Positions 9,098 through 18,503 of a stretch of DNA of 64,000 bases are shown here, one piece after another. The position numbers were made by a program, and so were the translations under genes. The stretch is from positions 1 through 64,000 of the IMG/VR virus record IMGVR_UViG_3300042147_000020, one strand, 5' to 3'. Below the pieces are notes generated by a model. The model ran no database searches, had not been told where the DNA came from, and worked only from the letters and a program-made list of their open reading frames with translations. The number at the start of each line of letters is the position of its first letter. Positions within the stretch are counted from its first letter, which is position 1.

Positions 9098-9478
9098 CTA
9101 TTTAGGAACCGGTACAGCGTCACCCCACAAGGTGGCCCACTTCTCGTTCTCAGTCACAACAACGTAGAACAGTGGGAGGAAACGGGTGGCGTCATAGTTG
9201 AGACTGTTGGCCAACCAAGCCTTCGCACTATCCGGGGAATAGTAAGCCATCCCCAGATTCAGAGTCTCTGGGTCCCAACCGTGTTTCACGTAGATCTCTT
9301 TAGCACGGTCTTTCATCTGGAAAGCAGACTCGCTATCCGACAGAAACTTACCACGGACTTTGGAGTTGTCGTGGATCAGTACCAGTAGTTCTTCCAGAGT
9401 TCCTTTATAGATACTCAGGGTTTTAACCTTCTCAGGTACCGGCTTTTCTTTATCAAACATGGGAAGCATCGTATTCAC
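9098..9478 (-). CDS. Hypothetical protein
   Basis: 126-aa ORF in the operon. Confidence 0.7.
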   Translation of the reverse strand: MNTMLPMFDKEKPVPEKVKTLSIYKGTLEELLVLIHDNSKVRGKFLSDSESAFQMKDRAKEIYVKHGWDPETLNLGMAYYSPDSAKAWLANSLNYDATRFLPLFYVVVTENEKWATLWGDAVPVPK

Positions 9479-9530
9479 CTTCTAAGGTAGTGACGTTCAT
9501 ATATGGGTAAAGGCCGTAATTTTAAATGGG

Positions 9531-9557
9531 GGCATAAAAAAGAGGGCCGAAGCCCTC
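9531..9557 (-). terminator. Rho-independent terminator
   Basis: GAGGGC-CGAA-GCCCTC with TTTTTTATGCC on the minus strand. Confidence 0.75.
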
Positions 9558-9561
9558 CCCT

Positions 9562-9843
9562 TTAAACGTTGTGATACTCTGGGCTCAAAGCCACCCAAGC
9601 ACCATTGCTCCGTGCACAGGACAACTGTTGCTGAACCGCCAAACACTGGTAATGAGTACCAGCGAACAGTGTACCAGTCGCAGTATGCGGACGGACATGC
9701 CAGCGCTTCCAGAACCAACGTCCCGTACGTTCAACTACATACTGGAGGTGGTGCTGACTTGCGCGGTACCCAGGACTTTCTAGAACAGATACCCCAGTCT
9801 TCAGCTCACTACCAACGGCGAGATCGCAGTCGAGCTGACTCAC
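9562..9843 (-). CDS. Hypothetical protein
   Basis: 93 aa, GTGA overlap with the TAXI gene stop. Confidence 0.55.
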   Translation of the reverse strand: MSQLDCDLAVGSELKTGVSVLESPGYRASQHHLQYVVERTGRWFWKRWHVRPHTATGTLFAGTHYQCLAVQQQLSCARSNGAWVALSPEYHNV

Positions 9844-10724
9844 TGACGCACAGCCTTCACGTTAGCGGTGATGGCCTTGGTGATCGCACGCTTGACGTCA
9901 CGAGCTTCCTTGGTGTCCATGCTGGCGTGGTAGGCGTTGTTGTACACCACTTGGGCCGCCATGGCGTAGGTGTCAATCGAGAACATTTTGTTGTCGGTAG
10001 GAATGCCGGAGTCACCTTTGCTGGTCAGAGAGAAAGGAGTGTAAAGAGGGTTCTCGTTACGATCCTTGGCCTTACCGAAAGAGGACTCACCGATCTCACC
10101 GATCCACAGGCTGTCTTTGTAGTCGTCAGTGATGTCGCTACTGATCAGACCCGAACGTCCCACGTACAGAATGCCACCGACTTCCACCCGCACGCCGGAC
10201 TTCATGGTGAAGCCCTGCGAAGCTGCTTCTGCCGCTTCCAGCCAGCTATCGAACTCGACAGTTTTGATGTTGGCGTAATCAGGGTCGACTGCCGCGAAGT
10301 TCTTGACAGTTACTTCGGCACCAGAGCCGGAAACATAACCCACCGCACGGATCAGGTTTTCGTCCTTGATCATGTCGGCGAAGGACTTCACGCCAGTAGC
10401 ACCGTGGAGCCAGAAGATGACCTCGGTGTGGGCATTGGTCACGGTGATGTCACGTGGTAGACCCAAGCTGGACACCGCGTCAGCTTGCATGATCGCCATG
10501 ACGCAATCACCCTCTTTGAGCAGGTGGGCGTTCTCGACCGAACCACCGGTGTTCAGGACTTCGAGTTTGGCGCCGATCTTCTTGGCAATGTCCTTGCCGA
10601 TACCTGTACCCAACGACTCGTACGCGCCGGTAGGACCACCGGTGCAGAAGGTCAGGTCAGCAGGTGCCGCCACTGCTACAACGGATGCCAAGGCGAGAGC
10701 CAGGCCAATGAACAGCTTTTTCAT
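9840..10724 (-). CDS. TAXI-family TRAP transporter solute-binding protein (secreted)
   Basis: Signal peptide MKKLFIGLALALASVVAVA; motifs TGGPTGAY, NTGGSVENxxLL, AIMQAD, GSGA. Start moved to 10724 (GGAG RBS). Confidence 0.8.
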   Translation of the reverse strand: MKKLFIGLALALASVVAVAAPADLTFCTGGPTGAYESLGTGIGKDIAKKIGAKLEVLNTGGSVENAHLLKEGDCVMAIMQADAVSSLGLPRDITVTNAHTEVIFWLHGATGVKSFADMIKDENLIRAVGYVSGSGAEVTVKNFAAVDPDYANIKTVEFDSWLEAAEAASQGFTMKSGVRVEVGGILYVGRSGLISSDITDDYKDSLWIGEIGESSFGKAKDRNENPLYTPFSLTSKGDSGIPTDNKMFSIDTYAMAAQVVYNNAYHASMDTKEARDVKRAITKAITANVKAVRQ

Positions 10725-10753
10725 GTGTTTACTCCAACGGGTTTTGGTTTGCG

Positions 10754-11491
10754 TTATTGTGGGGTGGATACTTTCAACTCGCCATGCCACTGTCCGTTGT
10801 AGAACTGTAGCAAGATGAGCATCATGTGATCCAGTAAAAGGGTTGGCACATGTCCAGTCTTCCACTGAATGCCTTCGAACCACTCGAGTTTGAAAGCGTC
10901 TTCGTAGACCCGGAGTAGTACTGAGTTGACTCGAGTGCGGTCTAAATCACCCTCGAGCAACTTTAGGGTGTAGCCGCCACGGAGGGTCAAGTCCAAGGCG
11001 TGATGTTGGTGATCAATCGAGATGACTTTGTAGGGTTCTGACACCACATCGAAAGTCACCAACGTCTGGATGGTAAACTCTGGGGCTTCACGGCAACCAT
11101 TGAAACCAACACTACGTATACCGAAGCACAGGTCATTCTCAGGTTCCGCTAGCAATCTGTGAACACGATCGCCCATGGGTCCGGTAGGCTTGAAACGACC
11201 AACCAACCGATCGTCCTCTACACTCCCTGAAGCAATCACACCACAGACACGCTCCAAGTGCACTTGTGCAGCACGATGAACCACTTCACCGCAAGTCAGG
11301 TGATCGACAGTGGGTGTACCGAACTCCACATAAATCGGAGCACGAGTGAGCATTTCCTCAAACTTGTAGCCCACCTGCTTCGGATCGTACTTACGACCGC
11401 TGGGGGCGACTTTACTGGGGATCGCCAGAGTGACGTGGTAGTAACCGTCAGCATCGGGCTTGAGGTCTTTCACTGGGTTGTGTCCAATCAT
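10754..11491 (-). CDS. Prohead-protease-like (phiKZ gp175 / T4 gp21 type) paralog lacking the canonical catalytic residues
   Basis: GYYxVxL, SGRxY, YVEFGTP (cf. GExGHP), KPTGPMG, ENxxFGIRS (cf. FSxRS), LVTFDVVSEP. Start at 11491 by ATGA overlap. Confidence 0.6.
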   Translation of the reverse strand: MIGHNPVKDLKPDADGYYHVTLAIPSKVAPSGRKYDPKQVGYKFEEMLTRAPIYVEFGTPTVDHLTCGEVVHRAAQVHLERVCGVIASGSVEDDRLVGRFKPTGPMGDRVHRLLAEPENDLCFGIRSVGFNGCREAPEFTIQTLVTFDVVSEPYKVISIDHQHHALDLTLRGGYTLKLLEGDLDRTRVNSVLLRVYEDAFKLEWFEGIQWKTGHVPTLLLDHMMLILLQFYNGQWHGELKVSTPQ

Positions 11492-11655
11492 ACTGGAACT
11501 CCCCGAGCACGACATTCAGCCTTGTATTCCTCGATCATCGTAAAGAGGTTGTTCTTGTGGCGCAGACCTAAACGTACACAACGTTTGATCTTGGCCTCTT
11601 CTTTCTTAATCGCACGTTCCATCTTGGCGAGCACTTCATCTTGATCGTCTGGCAC
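11488..11655 (-). CDS. Small protein (55 aa), not in the ORF track
   Basis: GTG start with AGGA RBS: MPDDQDEVLAKMERAIKKEEAKIKRCVRLGLRHKNNLFTMIEEYKAECRARGVPV; stop overlaps the next ATG. Confidence 0.65.
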   Translation of the reverse strand: MPDDQDEVLAKMERAIKKEEAKIKRCVRLGLRHKNNLFTMIEEYKAECRARGVPV

Positions 11656-11695
11656 GGGAAATTCCTATTAAAGATCAACTACGTGATACCCTTAC

Positions 11696-11723
11696 ATAAT
11701 TTGTACTTGAGATATTTTTGAAT
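11696..11723 (-). promoter_or_regulatory. Variant phage promoter
   Basis: ATTCAAAAATATCTCAAGTACAAATTATG aligns with the TATATTAC promoters at 32.4, 51.1 and 53.5 kb (shared A-tract and TCTCAAGTA) but has a divergent core. Confidence 0.55.
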
Positions 11724-11732
11724 ACACATCGC

Positions 11733-11762
11733 GGCATAAAGCCTGGGAGTCACCTCCCAGGC
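11733..11762 (-). terminator. Rho-independent terminator
   Basis: GCCTGGGAG-TCAC-CTCCCAGGC with TTTATGCC on the minus strand. Confidence 0.75.
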
Positions 11763-11772
11763 CCTAAGCTTG

Positions 11773-13905
11773 TTATGCTGGAAGACTGAACTCAAATGAA
11801 TCAGTCTGACCAGTACCACTTTTGATACCTGCAAAGTAGAACATGCGAGTACCAAGGATACCAGAACCACCGAAGCCACGTGCTGCACCAGCGTTAGCCG
11901 CCAGAGCTTGCCATGTGTTCGAGAATGGATCGTAAACGTTCGACCCACTATACGGAGCACCGCCGTTAACCGACCCCCACAAGGAGATCACACGACCTTT
12001 GAAGGAGTGGAACGTTCGACGACACCCGTAAGCAGCAGGCATGTTAGCCTTCTCAGTCATTACGCCTGTCACAGTATCGTAGCAGAACGTTTTGTTGATG
12101 TAGACGCTGTTGTTACGACCACCGATCAGATAGATCTTAGTGCCAATAGCGGCGACGCCCAGATCGAGTCGAGGAGTTTGTCCAGTGATAGTCAACTCAG
12201 TCCAAGTGTTGTTGAGAGTATCGTATTTGTACTGGTTAAACTTAGTCGGTACTTCAGGAGAAACAGTACTGCTGGTCATCCCACCGAACATGTAGATGTT
12301 CGTACCCACTACACAACCGTCACCGAAGGTCATCGGTCCAGGGAGCGCTGCTTTAGTAGACCACGTACCTAGAGTAAAGTCGTAACACTCGACCAAGGTA
12401 GTAGCCGCACCGCCGTTAGCGGTTAGGCCGCCGCAGACGTACAACTTACTTCCCACTACGGCTGAAGTGTGTCCAGCTCGAGCAGTAGGTAAGGCAGGCA
12501 GATCGACCCACGCAGTACCGTCGAAGCGACGGAACCAAGCTTGTGGTGTACCACTGAAACCACCAATCCAGTACAACTTCCCATCGTAACTAACGACGTC
12601 GTGGTGGAAGCTATATCCAGGTGACGCTGTGGACTTCCAAGTCATCCCGGAGAAGTTGAACAACTCTTCCAGCACTGGCCGCCACCCGTAAGCTACGTTT
12701 GGCGTATCGTTAGGTTCATACCAGACACCAGCGAACCCAGGGTAACCGCGTAGGAGAGTACCTCCCTGCGTACTACCTTCCTTACAGATGATCATCTCAC
12801 CGGACGAGATACCGCCAAGCCAACCCATGTCAGCAGGAGTGTTATACGCCCACGCAGCGCCAGCGCCGGTGTAAGCATTAGTTACCCTCATGAAGTAGTT
12901 GTTGTACTCACCACCAGGCGAATTGGTTGGATCGTTTCCATCACCACCCGTCATCACCCGCACACGGTACGTCAGGCCACCAATTACAACAGTCTTGGTA
13001 CCCATGATCATACCCAAAGCGTTAAGCTGAGCCCATGACAAAGTCATGCGGATGATCTTCTTCGGCATGTAGAAAGTACTACCGTTGTCAACGAACTTCA
13101 ACCACGGAGTAGTGTCGTTAACCAGAGTACCATCAGTCAAACCAACTGCCGCCGCCAAGGCAGAACCGGTAATGAAGTTAGCAGCAAGTATTTCGCCAAT
13201 GAATGGAATTGGTGGCATGGTGGATTTCTTAACCAGCACTGGACGCCATCCGTACCAATTTTGGGGTGTATCGGGGGAGATGTACCAAATACCTTTAACC
13301 TGTGCTGCGGTTTCCTGTCCACCAGAGTCACTTCCTCGAGTGAAGTGACCGAAGGCAGCACCGTCAGAACAAATAGTCCCCACACCTAGTTCAGCCGAAC
13401 CGTCCATGGTTGCAACGCCCAACATTGGACCAGTGTAGTCGCCCCAGTGTTGGGCGTCTCCTGGGAAGGTTGCACGGTCTGTCATGGTGTAGATGTTGTA
13501 CATGTAGCGGTTCCACTCACCGCCAGCGTTAGACGGACCGGCTGACCCAGCCGGATTTATAGCTCCTGACAACAGCCGGACAACGAAGACTTCACCACCA
13601 ATAGTGACTTCTGCGCCGCCGAGCGACAGACCACGTGCATTGAGCTGTTCCCAACTTACGTTGTAGCGGATTGGCTTCTTGGCGATGTACAGTTCAAGGC
13701 CAGTGTCTTCGATGTAATGTAGCCAGCCCCCGTCTCTGTTCATTAGGGTCCCAGCAGTCAATCCTACCGCTGTGGCTAGGGAATCCCCGTAGATGAAGCT
13801 CACAGAAGAGACTACTCCTTTGAAGGGAGTCCCCGCTGGGAAAGCTAGATCGGAGTTGTCAATAGCCACCGCAACTTGAGTCTTAGACAATAGAGTCTCG
13901 ATCAC
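11773..13905 (-). CDS. Virion protein: two tandem 'WRPVL' domains plus a C-terminal Kelch beta-propeller
   Basis: Two ~200-aa repeats each ending YGWRPVL, then about six Kelch repeats (LYWIGG, LYVCGG, IYMFGG, IYLIGG ... YDxxxxxW). Confidence 0.8.
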   Translation of the reverse strand: MIETLLSKTQVAVAIDNSDLAFPAGTPFKGVVSSVSFIYGDSLATAVGLTAGTLMNRDGGWLHYIEDTGLELYIAKKPIRYNVSWEQLNARGLSLGGAEVTIGGEVFVVRLLSGAINPAGSAGPSNAGGEWNRYMYNIYTMTDRATFPGDAQHWGDYTGPMLGVATMDGSAELGVGTICSDGAAFGHFTRGSDSGGQETAAQVKGIWYISPDTPQNWYGWRPVLVKKSTMPPIPFIGEILAANFITGSALAAAVGLTDGTLVNDTTPWLKFVDNGSTFYMPKKIIRMTLSWAQLNALGMIMGTKTVVIGGLTYRVRVMTGGDGNDPTNSPGGEYNNYFMRVTNAYTGAGAAWAYNTPADMGWLGGISSGEMIICKEGSTQGGTLLRGYPGFAGVWYEPNDTPNVAYGWRPVLEELFNFSGMTWKSTASPGYSFHHDVVSYDGKLYWIGGFSGTPQAWFRRFDGTAWVDLPALPTARAGHTSAVVGSKLYVCGGLTANGGAATTLVECYDFTLGTWSTKAALPGPMTFGDGCVVGTNIYMFGGMTSSTVSPEVPTKFNQYKYDTLNNTWTELTITGQTPRLDLGVAAIGTKIYLIGGRNNSVYINKTFCYDTVTGVMTEKANMPAAYGCRRTFHSFKGRVISLWGSVNGGAPYSGSNVYDPFSNTWQALAANAGAARGFGGSGILGTRMFYFAGIKSGTGQTDSFEFSLPA

Positions 13906-13935
13906 GATTCATTCCCCCTAAGAGGAGTTAAGTTA

Positions 13936-14592
13936 TTACGGGGCTGTGAACAACGTAGCTTCGGCTGGAAGTGTCGGGAGTTCCGCTAGGGTCGTAGCAG
14001 CAGTGACGGCATCTTTGAAGTCCCAGATCTTTTGGTAGCCGACTGACACTGCGTAGAAAGCAGCATCCGTCATAGCAATCAGCTCAGCAGCCGTCAGTAT
14101 CACACAGATGTTCTCGTACACGCGGAACGAGAAATCCATCGCACCACCAGCCACCACAACTTCCTTAGCGATAATACGCAGGGAGGTCAAGTTGGAACGG
14201 TCGGCGTTACGGATCTGGACGTGGTACGTGCCCTCGTTGAAGGCGTAAGCGAAGCCGCGCTCGAATTGGGAAATCCGCAGATCTTCAGCCTCGCGCTGGA
14301 GTTCAGCTTTGCGGGTGGTCAACTGGTCGTTGAGTTCGGCTTGACTGTAAGTGCGTTCGATCCAGCTTTGGTACCACTTACCATCGAGTAATTGTGGCGG
14401 GCCCGCGACAACAACGTCATTCTCCGGGATCGGGGTGTCATAAACGGGTTGGTATCCGAGGGCGATCATTTCCTCTACCTCGGGTGTTGCTGTGAAGCTG
14501 GTAGTGGCTTTGAGTTTGTCGCGGATCTGGTCCAAAGTGATTGGATAGTTACCTGTGGCAACTTCGATGAAGCGAGTGTATAAGATTGACAT
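13936..14592 (-). CDS. Tail-fibre-assembly-like protein (DUF4376-like C-terminus)
   Basis: LGYxPV...GKWYQSW N-terminus; QIRNADRSNL...FRVYEN...KDAVTAATTLAEL C-terminus; lies in the fibre locus. Confidence 0.6.
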   Translation of the reverse strand: MSILYTRFIEVATGNYPITLDQIRDKLKATTSFTATPEVEEMIALGYQPVYDTPIPENDVVVAGPPQLLDGKWYQSWIERTYSQAELNDQLTTRKAELQREAEDLRISQFERGFAYAFNEGTYHVQIRNADRSNLTSLRIIAKEVVVAGGAMDFSFRVYENICVILTAAELIAMTDAAFYAVSVGYQKIWDFKDAVTAATTLAELPTLPAEATLFTAP

Positions 14593-14604
14593 GGTCAGAA
14601 TTCC

Positions 14605-15540
14605 TTACATTACAAGTTCGAGAACGGGACGCCAGTAAGTGTAGACCGCGTTATAGTTACCTATCACGTTAGTGGACACCTTGTCAGGGGCAGTAGTACC
14701 ATCACCGCCTCGCAGAATAATGGTACCACCAGCAGTTGTGGTCACATCTTTGGTATATACGTTCAGGTTGATACCGGCTAGAACCAGGTCGTCTAACGCA
14801 GGCACGCCAAAGTTTTGAATGCGACCTTGGAAATTCGGAGCCATGATGTAATCATACTCACCCCCAATTTGGTTTGCGGGCACAGCCGAAGCAGTCAGGG
14901 TACCTACCCGTGTCCCCGGTAAACGTACCACAAAATTGTCAGTACCTTTAGCCATGACGTAATTTTGAGGGATTGTACCGTAGGTACTTTTCGCCGCAGC
15001 ACTCCAAGTGCTGGGGTCGTCGGTTCCATAGACCAATCCCGCTTTGTACAGTTCGGCCCAAGATAGACCCGAACTATAGGCGAAACACACCCCTTGGTCT
15101 GGAACAAAGAGGATCTTACCGTTATAGACCATTTTGATCCAGCAGGTAATTCCTAGTCCAGCGGCGTTGTTGGTAATGAGCGGGTTGTTGATGTATGCAA
15201 CCAATTCACTGGAAGCGAATAGGTCCTCTGGACTCATGCGACCAAAAGTACCGCAACTCCAGTCACCACGTAGTAATTTCTGAGGCCCAGGGCCCGTGTA
15301 AGGCATGTAGGCCAAAGGCATGTTCGAAGACAACGTTTCTTCAGTACCCACTACTGCACTAACTCGGTAGTGGTAGACTTGGTTACGCACAGCGGTGGTG
15401 TCGGTGTAGGTGAAAATACCCGCAGCAACTTCCGCCAACACCGCAGGTAAAGCATCGTCGAGTATCACACTGTCGGCTCGGTAGACCCGGAACTTGTCAA
15501 CAGTGATGTTTCTGTCGATCCAGTTAAGTGTTAAAGACAT
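14605..15540 (-). CDS. Virion protein: FN3-like N-domain plus 'WRPVLEL' domain
   Basis: LxW...VYR...YTDTT...YHYRV, then TGPGPQxLLRGDWxCGxFG...YWRPVLEL. Confidence 0.8.
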   Translation of the reverse strand: MSLTLNWIDRNITVDKFRVYRADSVILDDALPAVLAEVAAGIFTYTDTTAVRNQVYHYRVSAVVGTEETLSSNMPLAYMPYTGPGPQKLLRGDWSCGTFGRMSPEDLFASSELVAYINNPLITNNAAGLGITCWIKMVYNGKILFVPDQGVCFAYSSGLSWAELYKAGLVYGTDDPSTWSAAAKSTYGTIPQNYVMAKGTDNFVVRLPGTRVGTLTASAVPANQIGGEYDYIMAPNFQGRIQNFGVPALDDLVLAGINLNVYTKDVTTTAGGTIILRGGDGTTAPDKVSTNVIGNYNAVYTYWRPVLELVM

Positions 15541-15550
15541 GGTTAGACCC

Positions 15551-16477
15551 TTATGTCAGAATAAGTTCGAGAACGGGGCGCCAGTTAGCATAACCGCTTG
15601 CATAATCTGCATCAGTGGGAACGTTGTAATCGAACCCTGTACTGTTGCTCACAGATATTGCGAGCTTACCCGAGGAAAAATGCTGGGTTGCAGAACCAAC
15701 GCCTCCTGGTGGAACCTCGTCGTTCCATTTATCTTGGGGTGATGTAGAATATAAGGTTAGTCCTTGTCGCCCCATCAAGCTCCCCCATTCGGATGCGTCT
15801 GTGGCGATAACACCTGGTGCATACACGTTGGTTGCCGCATCAGTGACCGACGGTGCCCGCACCAAAAAGTTATACGTGGCGTAAGGAACGACCACTTTTT
15901 GGTTAGTCAAAGTGATACCAGCAATGGTTGTTAGTACGAAGGGGGCTGAACCAGTGTCGTCCGTTCCGTATATTAATCCATTGTTATAAATGTCCCTCCA
16001 GCGGCAGGTCCCTGCGGCAAACACATTGTTAGGAATAAAAAGAACCTTACCCTTACGGATAAACTTATACCACCCAGTCACGGTGCCGTCGGCTGGAGTG
16101 GAGTTTCCGAGATTTGGGTTATTAAGGAGAGCCCTTAACTGAGAGATGCTGAGGAAGTTGGCTGTGGGAACCAACCCAAAATATCCGCAGTCCCAATTTC
16201 CTCGTAAGAGCGTCTGGGGACCTGGACCTGTGTCAGGGTAATGTCCCATGATCAGTACTGGACTTAGTAGTTCCTGTCCTGCCCGGACGTGACCCACCGC
16301 GTAGTAGTACGTAGTGTTGCGTACGGCAGTTGCGTCACTGTAAGACGTGGCTGATCCAGCAGCGGTTGCCAAAGCGGCAGGAAGGTTATTTACGTCGAGT
16401 GGTGTAGTAGACCGATAGATGTTAATGCTTTCTGCGAGCGCCGCGTTAGCAGCACCCCATGTCAAGGTAACAGACAT
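15551..16477 (-). CDS. Virion protein: FN3-like N-domain plus 'WRPVLEL' domain
   Basis: Paralog of 14605-15540 (TGPGPQTLLRGNWDCGYFG...NWRPVLEL). Confidence 0.8.
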   Translation of the reverse strand: MSVTLTWGAANAALAESINIYRSTTPLDVNNLPAALATAAGSATSYSDATAVRNTTYYYAVGHVRAGQELLSPVLIMGHYPDTGPGPQTLLRGNWDCGYFGLVPTANFLSISQLRALLNNPNLGNSTPADGTVTGWYKFIRKGKVLFIPNNVFAAGTCRWRDIYNNGLIYGTDDTGSAPFVLTTIAGITLTNQKVVVPYATYNFLVRAPSVTDAATNVYAPGVIATDASEWGSLMGRQGLTLYSTSPQDKWNDEVPPGGVGSATQHFSSGKLAISVSNSTGFDYNVPTDADYASGYANWRPVLELILT

Positions 16478-16487
16478 AACTCACTCC

Positions 16488-17450
16488 TTATACCGCAGCC
16501 GGTTCGATGAGTTCCAACACGGGCCACCAGCATGAGATAGATTGGGTTATGGTGATAGCCCCGATGTTTCTTCGAGTAAGGCCGTCGCGGGTACCAGTGA
16601 CGTTAGAACCACGAACCAACGACTGGGTTGCCGCACCCGAAGTAACCTTCTCTTGTGTCAGAATACCGTACGCCATAGACGCCGCGCTATATCCCATGGT
16701 CGTCAAGGTATTGTTTGCTTGGTTAGCCATGCGTTGGACGGTAGGTACCCATACTGAGATAGGGTACATGAGATCATCGTACTCACAAGTAAAGGTTTCA
16801 ACCGGCTCTGCTACGTTACCGGTTGGTGGAAAGACGCCGTAGTCATCGTTATAACCGCGCATTAAGCGAACGCGGTAGGTATCGGCGCCAATAGTTACCT
16901 GTGCGTTCTGGTTAACGTTGGCACCGGCGTTGTACGGACCATTGTCGTTGGAGCCGAATACCAGCCCAGCGTTGTACAGTGCCGTCCAACCAACCCCGGA
17001 AACAGGTAGTTGTTCGGGCACGTAGATCACTTTGCCGTTACGAGCGAACTTGTGCCATTTGGGAGACACGTTCTGCACCGTACCTGAAAGGAAGTTCACC
17101 GCTGTACGCAGTGCGTTGATGTTAATGAAGGACGCCGATGCGATACTACCGAAGTATCCGTAGTTGTAGTCACCGGCTTTCAAGGTGTTAGGACCAGCAC
17201 CACGACGAGGAACAGTTACGATCTGATAGTTTGGTGATACCGTCCGGTCTGTCGCCGAAATGGTCTCGAATACGTAGTAGTACGTGGTACCACGCAACAC
17301 CGTGGAGTCAGTGTAAGTAGTTTCACCTGCCGTTAGAGAAACCAACAAACCAGTCAGGTTAGCTCGGTCAATTGCCGAAGTACCACGGTAGATGTTTACC
17401 GTGATGGGAGTGGCCCCATTGGGGTTTGTCCAAGTCAATTTGTTATACAT
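16488..17450 (-). CDS. Virion protein: FN3-like N-domain plus 'WWPVLEL' domain
   Basis: Paralog (GAGPNTLKAGDYNYGYFG...WHKFARNGK...WWPVLEL). Confidence 0.8.
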   Translation of the reverse strand: MYNKLTWTNPNGATPITVNIYRGTSAIDRANLTGLLVSLTAGETTYTDSTVLRGTTYYYVFETISATDRTVSPNYQIVTVPRRGAGPNTLKAGDYNYGYFGSIASASFININALRTAVNFLSGTVQNVSPKWHKFARNGKVIYVPEQLPVSGVGWTALYNAGLVFGSNDNGPYNAGANVNQNAQVTIGADTYRVRLMRGYNDDYGVFPPTGNVAEPVETFTCEYDDLMYPISVWVPTVQRMANQANNTLTTMGYSAASMAYGILTQEKVTSGAATQSLVRGSNVTGTRDGLTRRNIGAITITQSISCWWPVLELIEPAAV

Positions 17451-17459
17451 GAAAATTCC

Positions 17460-18503
17460 TTACGCGACGTTCGCGCCACTAACAGTGAAAGGGTTCAAGT
17501 CTGCTAAGCTGTACACCAAGTTAGCTGGGTCACTTGCCAATTGAGTACCGATCGCGCTAATTGTAAAAGCGTTTAAGTCAGGTGCTGCACTTGATGTGAC
17601 GTTAACTGGGTTTAGCGCGCAACCTGGGAAGGTAGCTCCAGTGACCACAGGTTGTTTGGTGGGCCACAGAGTAATCACGTTGACTGGGTTAAACAAGGCT
17701 TCGTTAAACCCAGAACCTAGTTGGGCTTGGCGTGAGTCTAGAATCGAGGGTGCTTGAAGCCCCGTCGAAGTTCCGATGACTGTGTACGGATCTAGTAGCG
17801 TTTCATCTGGGATCAATTCCAGTACTGGATACCAATTTGAGTTCGGTGAAGCCTTACTGTAACTCCATTTTGGGGTAAGACCCGTTGCATCGCCCCTAGC
17901 CCAAAATAATGCTATATTAGACGAGCTGGTCTCCTGCACCGACATGTTTAAATTGCTACCCACGTAGCTCAGTGCGTTACTAACCCATTTATCGGATGGT
18001 GTGTTAGCACCCACTAGGACTCGCCCAAACAACTGGTCGAATTCATTGTTAGCCGCTACCACCGAGGCTGGATCAGAACCCATACCAGTCGGCAACCGTG
18101 GGAGTAGATACCAGTTACGAGTGCCGTCGAATTTCTGAATAGGGTTCCACTGATCGACCCCAGCACCTACTGGGTACAACCCATTACCCTTAACGCCGTA
18201 CACTAACCCAGAGTTATATAGGTCGTTCCACACAATGGCACTGAGGGCCATTTGTCTGGAAATGTAAATCACTTTGTTATTGCGGAAGAATTTAAACCAC
18301 TGGGCCCCTGTCCAAGAGTTGAGGGTGCCCGTAGGAATATTGAACTTTAAAACCAAGTCTTTTCCGTAGAACAGTTCAGTTCCAGACACCTCTCCGAAGT
18401 AACCCAGCGTGCTGTTACCGAACTGTAAAGTTTTGGTTCCAGGGCCTGAGTTGGGGTAAAGGTTCGAACCACTTGGAGATTTACCTAACATCATTTCTAA
18501 CAT
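17460..18503 (-). CDS. Virion protein: 'WYPVLEL' domain plus C-terminal NPVNV repeats
   Basis: Start moved to MLEMML at 18503 (GGAGG RBS); SGPGTKTLQFG...GYFGEV...WYPVLEL. Confidence 0.8.
   Translation of the reverse strand: MLEMMLGKSPSGSNLYPNSGPGTKTLQFGNSTLGYFGEVSGTELFYGKDLVLKFNIPTGTLNSWTGAQWFKFFRNNKVIYISRQMALSAIVWNDLYNSGLVYGVKGNGLYPVGAGVDQWNPIQKFDGTRNWYLLPRLPTGMGSDPASVVAANNEFDQLFGRVLVGANTPSDKWVSNALSYVGSNLNMSVQETSSSNIALFWARGDATGLTPKWSYSKASPNSNWYPVLELIPDETLLDPYTVIGTSTGLQAPSILDSRQAQLGSGFNEALFNPVNVITLWPTKQPVVTGATFPGCALNPVNVTSSAAPDLNAFTISAIGTQLASDPANLVYSLADLNPFTVSGANVA

Noticed and set aside
11773-18503. Complete diversity-generating retroelement
   Set aside because: No reverse transcriptase and no near-identical template/variable repeat pair seen in this window.
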